Shown here: piece by piece, positions 7,388 to 11,015 of the stretch
How positions within the stretch are numbered: the stretch's first letter is position 1
Layout: every line of letters begins with the position of its first letter
Source of the DNA: Bdellovibrionales bacterium
GTDB taxonomy: Bacteria; Bdellovibrionota; Bdellovibrionia; Bdellovibrionales; UBA840
NCBI GenBank assembly: GCA_037969075.1
Contig: JBBKWS010000151.1
Coordinates: 1-11,015, forward strand
Direction: 5' to 3'
Length of the DNA: 11,015 nucleotides
The notes under the pieces: generated by a model
The model's database searches: none
The model's input: only the letters and a program-made list of their open reading frames with translations
Told to the model about the DNA's origin: nothing
Position numbers and translations under genes: made by a program

Positions 7388-8218
7388 TTACTTCAGGTAT
7401 TTACTGTGATGCTTGATATGCTCTTCTATAAATGTAGAAATAAAATAGTAAGAGTGATCATAGCCCTCTCGGTAATTTACCTGAATGTCTTGTTTGGCGT
7501 CCCTAGCCGCAACCTCGATATTTTTAGTCAAAAGCTGATCAGGGTAAAAATCATCCTTTAAGCCTTGCTCGATTAAAATTTTATTGGGATGAGTGTTACT
7601 ACTAACTAAAAGTTTGCACGCATCATACGCATCCCATGTTTTCGTATCTTCGCCTAAATATCCTAAGAATGCCTTTTTACCCCAGGCGCATTGGGTCGGA
7701 TTTACGATTGGAGAGAAGGCAGAGATGGATTTATATTTTTTAGAATTTTTTAAACCAATCGTCAAAGCGCCATGTCCACCCATGGAGTGTCCAAATATTC
7801 CTATGTTGTTTTTAAGGTTGTAGGTAGTATTTAGAAGATTATAAATTTCTTCATTGATGTAAGTGTACATTTGGTAGTTGTCTTTATAACTAGGTACGGT
7901 AGCGTCCACATAAAAACCTGCACCTGATCCAAAATCATAAGAATCATGCTCACCGGGTAAATCTAGTCCACGCGGTGAGGTGTCTGGGCATATAATGACC
8001 AAGCCTAGCTCGGATAGATATTTTTGAGCCCCTGCTTTTGTAATAAAATTTTCTTCGTTGCAGGTAAGCCCTGAAAGCCAAATCAAACCACCCTTAATAT
8101 CAGAGATATTCTTTGGCCTGTGTATAGAAAATTTCATTTTTGTTTTAGTAGATACAGACTCATGTTCAAAGAACTCAGTAAAGCCGCCAAAGCAAGCGTG
8201 GGATTTTAAAAGTTTCAT
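7388..8218 (-). CDS. fghA: S-formylglutathione hydrolase (esterase D family)
   Basis: WLSGLTCNEENFITKAG, PDTSPRG, YDFGSGAGFYVDAT, nucleophile motif GHSMGGHGAL, SAFSPI, WG.KAF..YLG, GYDHSYYFI. Confidence 0.97.
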   Translation of the reverse strand: MKLLKSHACFGGFTEFFEHESVSTKTKMKFSIHRPKNISDIKGGLIWLSGLTCNEENFITKAGAQKYLSELGLVIICPDTSPRGLDLPGEHDSYDFGSGAGFYVDATVPSYKDNYQMYTYINEEIYNLLNTTYNLKNNIGIFGHSMGGHGALTIGLKNSKKYKSISAFSPIVNPTQCAWGKKAFLGYLGEDTKTWDAYDACKLLVSSNTHPNKILIEQGLKDDFYPDQLLTKNIEVAARDAKQDIQVNYREGYDHSYYFISTFIEEHIKHHSKYLK

Positions 8219-8230
8219 ATTGATCTCCGA

Positions 8231-9473
<1,243 letters not shown>

Positions 9474-9500
9474 ATAGCCAAATTAAAAAAGAGGTAATGC

Positions 9501-10319
9501 ATGAGAAGGTTATTGATTGGACTTTGTGTTATTAGTGGATTAGTCGGCTGTTCAACTCCAGAGAAAAATGCAGAAAACGATGAGCTTTCCACATGTTTTT
9601 TGCTCTATGATATAAATGATGCAAAATTTTTGACAGAAGAAGGAGGTGAATCTTGTAAAAATAGAATTTCTCCTGGATCCACATTTAAAATACCTTTATA
9701 CCTTATCGCTTCCAATGAAAAAGTTATTTCGGGTCCAAATGAGAAGTTTACTTGGGACGGAAAAACTCGAATGATTCCCAATTGGAATAAAGATCAAACA
9801 GCGGCTTCATGGATTCAGAACTCTACAGTTTGGGTGTCACAAGAAATTACTCCTAAAGTTTCAGTTAAAACAATCGAAGCCTATCTATCTAGTTTTGGGT
9901 TTGGCAATGCAGATGCTTCTGGTGAGCAGATTTCTTTTTGGTTAACTAAGGCACCATTTGCACCTGGGGCAAGACCGAGTTTAGAAATATCAGCGTATGA
10001 GCAACTTGAGTTTTTAAATAAACTTTGGAAGTACGAGCTTGCTATCTCAAAAAAATCAATGAAAGAAATAATTAGCATTATAAGATCAAAGAGCGATGAC
10101 ACTAAAGATTTACAGTTTTACGGAAAAACAGGATCTGGTTTTATAAATTATGAAACGTTCCAAAGATTGGGATGGTATGTCGGCTATGTCAAAAAGGGTG
10201 ATAAAGCCTATAGCTTTGTGATGAAAGTAGAAGACAAGGTAGCGCAAAAAGAAGCTAAATTTGCCGGTCAGCTTGCAAAGGGTATGGCTATTAAAATGGT
10301 ATCTGAAGTATTAAAATAG
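9501..10319 (+). CDS. Class D (OXA-like) serine beta-lactamase / penicillin-binding protein, predicted lipoprotein
   Basis: PGSTFKI (SxxK), F.WDG..R....WN.D.T, NSTVW (SxV), FGN, FWL, SLEISAYEQ..FL.KL, KTGSG, GWYVGYV. N-terminus MRR + hydrophobic stretch + LVGC lipobox. Confidence 0.88.
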   Translation: MRRLLIGLCVISGLVGCSTPEKNAENDELSTCFLLYDINDAKFLTEEGGESCKNRISPGSTFKIPLYLIASNEKVISGPNEKFTWDGKTRMIPNWNKDQTAASWIQNSTVWVSQEITPKVSVKTIEAYLSSFGFGNADASGEQISFWLTKAPFAPGARPSLEISAYEQLEFLNKLWKYELAISKKSMKEIISIIRSKSDDTKDLQFYGKTGSGFINYETFQRLGWYVGYVKKGDKAYSFVMKVEDKVAQKEAKFAGQLAKGMAIKMVSEVLK

Positions 10320-10340
10320 GGTCATGAACGAGTCTAGAGC

Positions 10341-11015
10341 TTATCTAAATAAAACTCTAGATTCTATTAAGCTCTGGTGCACGTCATTCTTTCTTCTAAA
10401 ATCGCGGTACAAACAGGCCCTGTCTAAAAATGATTTAGCCAATAATTCAGGAGTAAAAGTAATTGCGTCGGGCCCATTGGTAAATGGGGAATTCAACTTT
10501 AAACCTAGGCATGATCTTATATCTGAAGAACCTGGAATTTCAGGTAGTGATATGAGATTAAAACAAAATAGTGTTTTCATGTAATTATTTGGAGCATCTA
10601 ATGATTTCTCCTGTGTTAGCCTACTCATCTTATCATATTGATCAATTGAAGTTTTAATCTCTTTTTTGAAAAGATCAGACAGCTCAAGAATAGCACCTTG
10701 TAATATTTGTTGAGAGTTTTTAGCATCATTCAAAATAGAATTGATACTTTGTGATCCGGATATTCTTTTTAGGGCCTGTAGACTATCAAAACTACTTAGC
10801 AACACCAGTCTTTCGTTGTCAGCAGTCTCCTCTAGAACGTATTCTTCAACAATGGTTCGTATAAAAAGATTTAGGCGGCTCTGTAAGTAGCTCGTACCGT
10901 TATTTAAGTTTGCGGCAGTGCTTACAATTGATAAAGCTTCGTTTGGATCAAGTTCTCCTGATATTACAGCATCAATAGTTTTTGAGATCTCAATAAGCCT
11001 ATCTTTGGTATCGTC
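10341..11015 (-). CDS. Hypothetical protein, C-terminal portion (starts beyond the right edge)
   Basis: The frame of the 10341..10805 ORF stays open to base 11015 (DDTKDRLIEISKTIDAVISGELDPNEAL...NERLVLLSSFDSL...), so at least 224 aa; TAA stop at 10341-10343, convergent with the beta-lactamase gene. Confidence 0.75.
   Translation of the reverse strand, partial: DDTKDRLIEISKTIDAVISGELDPNEALSIVSTAANLNNGTSYLQSRLNLFIRTIVEEYVLEETADNERLVLLSSFDSLQALKRISGSQSINSILNDAKNSQQILQGAILELSDLFKKEIKTSIDQYDKMSRLTQEKSLDAPNNYMKTLFCFNLISLPEIPGSSDIRSCLGLKLNSPFTNGPDAITFTPELLAKSFLDRACLYRDFRRKNDVHQSLIESRVLFR

Noticed and set aside
9881..10584. ORFs 9881..10102 (-) and 10324..10584 (+)
   Set aside because: Antisense to the beta-lactamase and to the longer minus-strand hypothetical gene, respectively.

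Overview
AT-rich bacterial chromosomal window, mostly minus-strand genes, with a detoxification/stress theme. Left to right: 5' part of a Zn-dependent (YahK/cinnamyl-type) alcohol dehydrogenase, absent from the ORF track because it runs off the window; a compact four-gene sulfur-handling operon (ETHE1-type persulfide dioxygenase-rhodanese fusion, two short YeeE/YedE-family membrane proteins, TauE/SafE exporter); an HPF/RaiA-like ribosome-associated protein; an azlC-azlD exporter pair; an MscS channel; an unusual ~450-aa metallo-beta-lactamase-fold protein whose motifs resemble the non-Rieske part of CMP-Neu5Ac hydroxylase; the glutathione-dependent formaldehyde detoxification pair frmA-fghA; a predicted lipoprotein class D (OXA-like) beta-lactamase; and the 3' end of a hypothetical gene. 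No transcription factor gene, mobile element, tRNA/rRNA or CRISPR array was seen, yet several intergenic gaps carry operator-like inverted repeats. The best candidates for novelty are the CMAH-like MBL protein and the lipidated, FGN-type class D enzyme. All assignments are from motif recognition by eye, without database searches.
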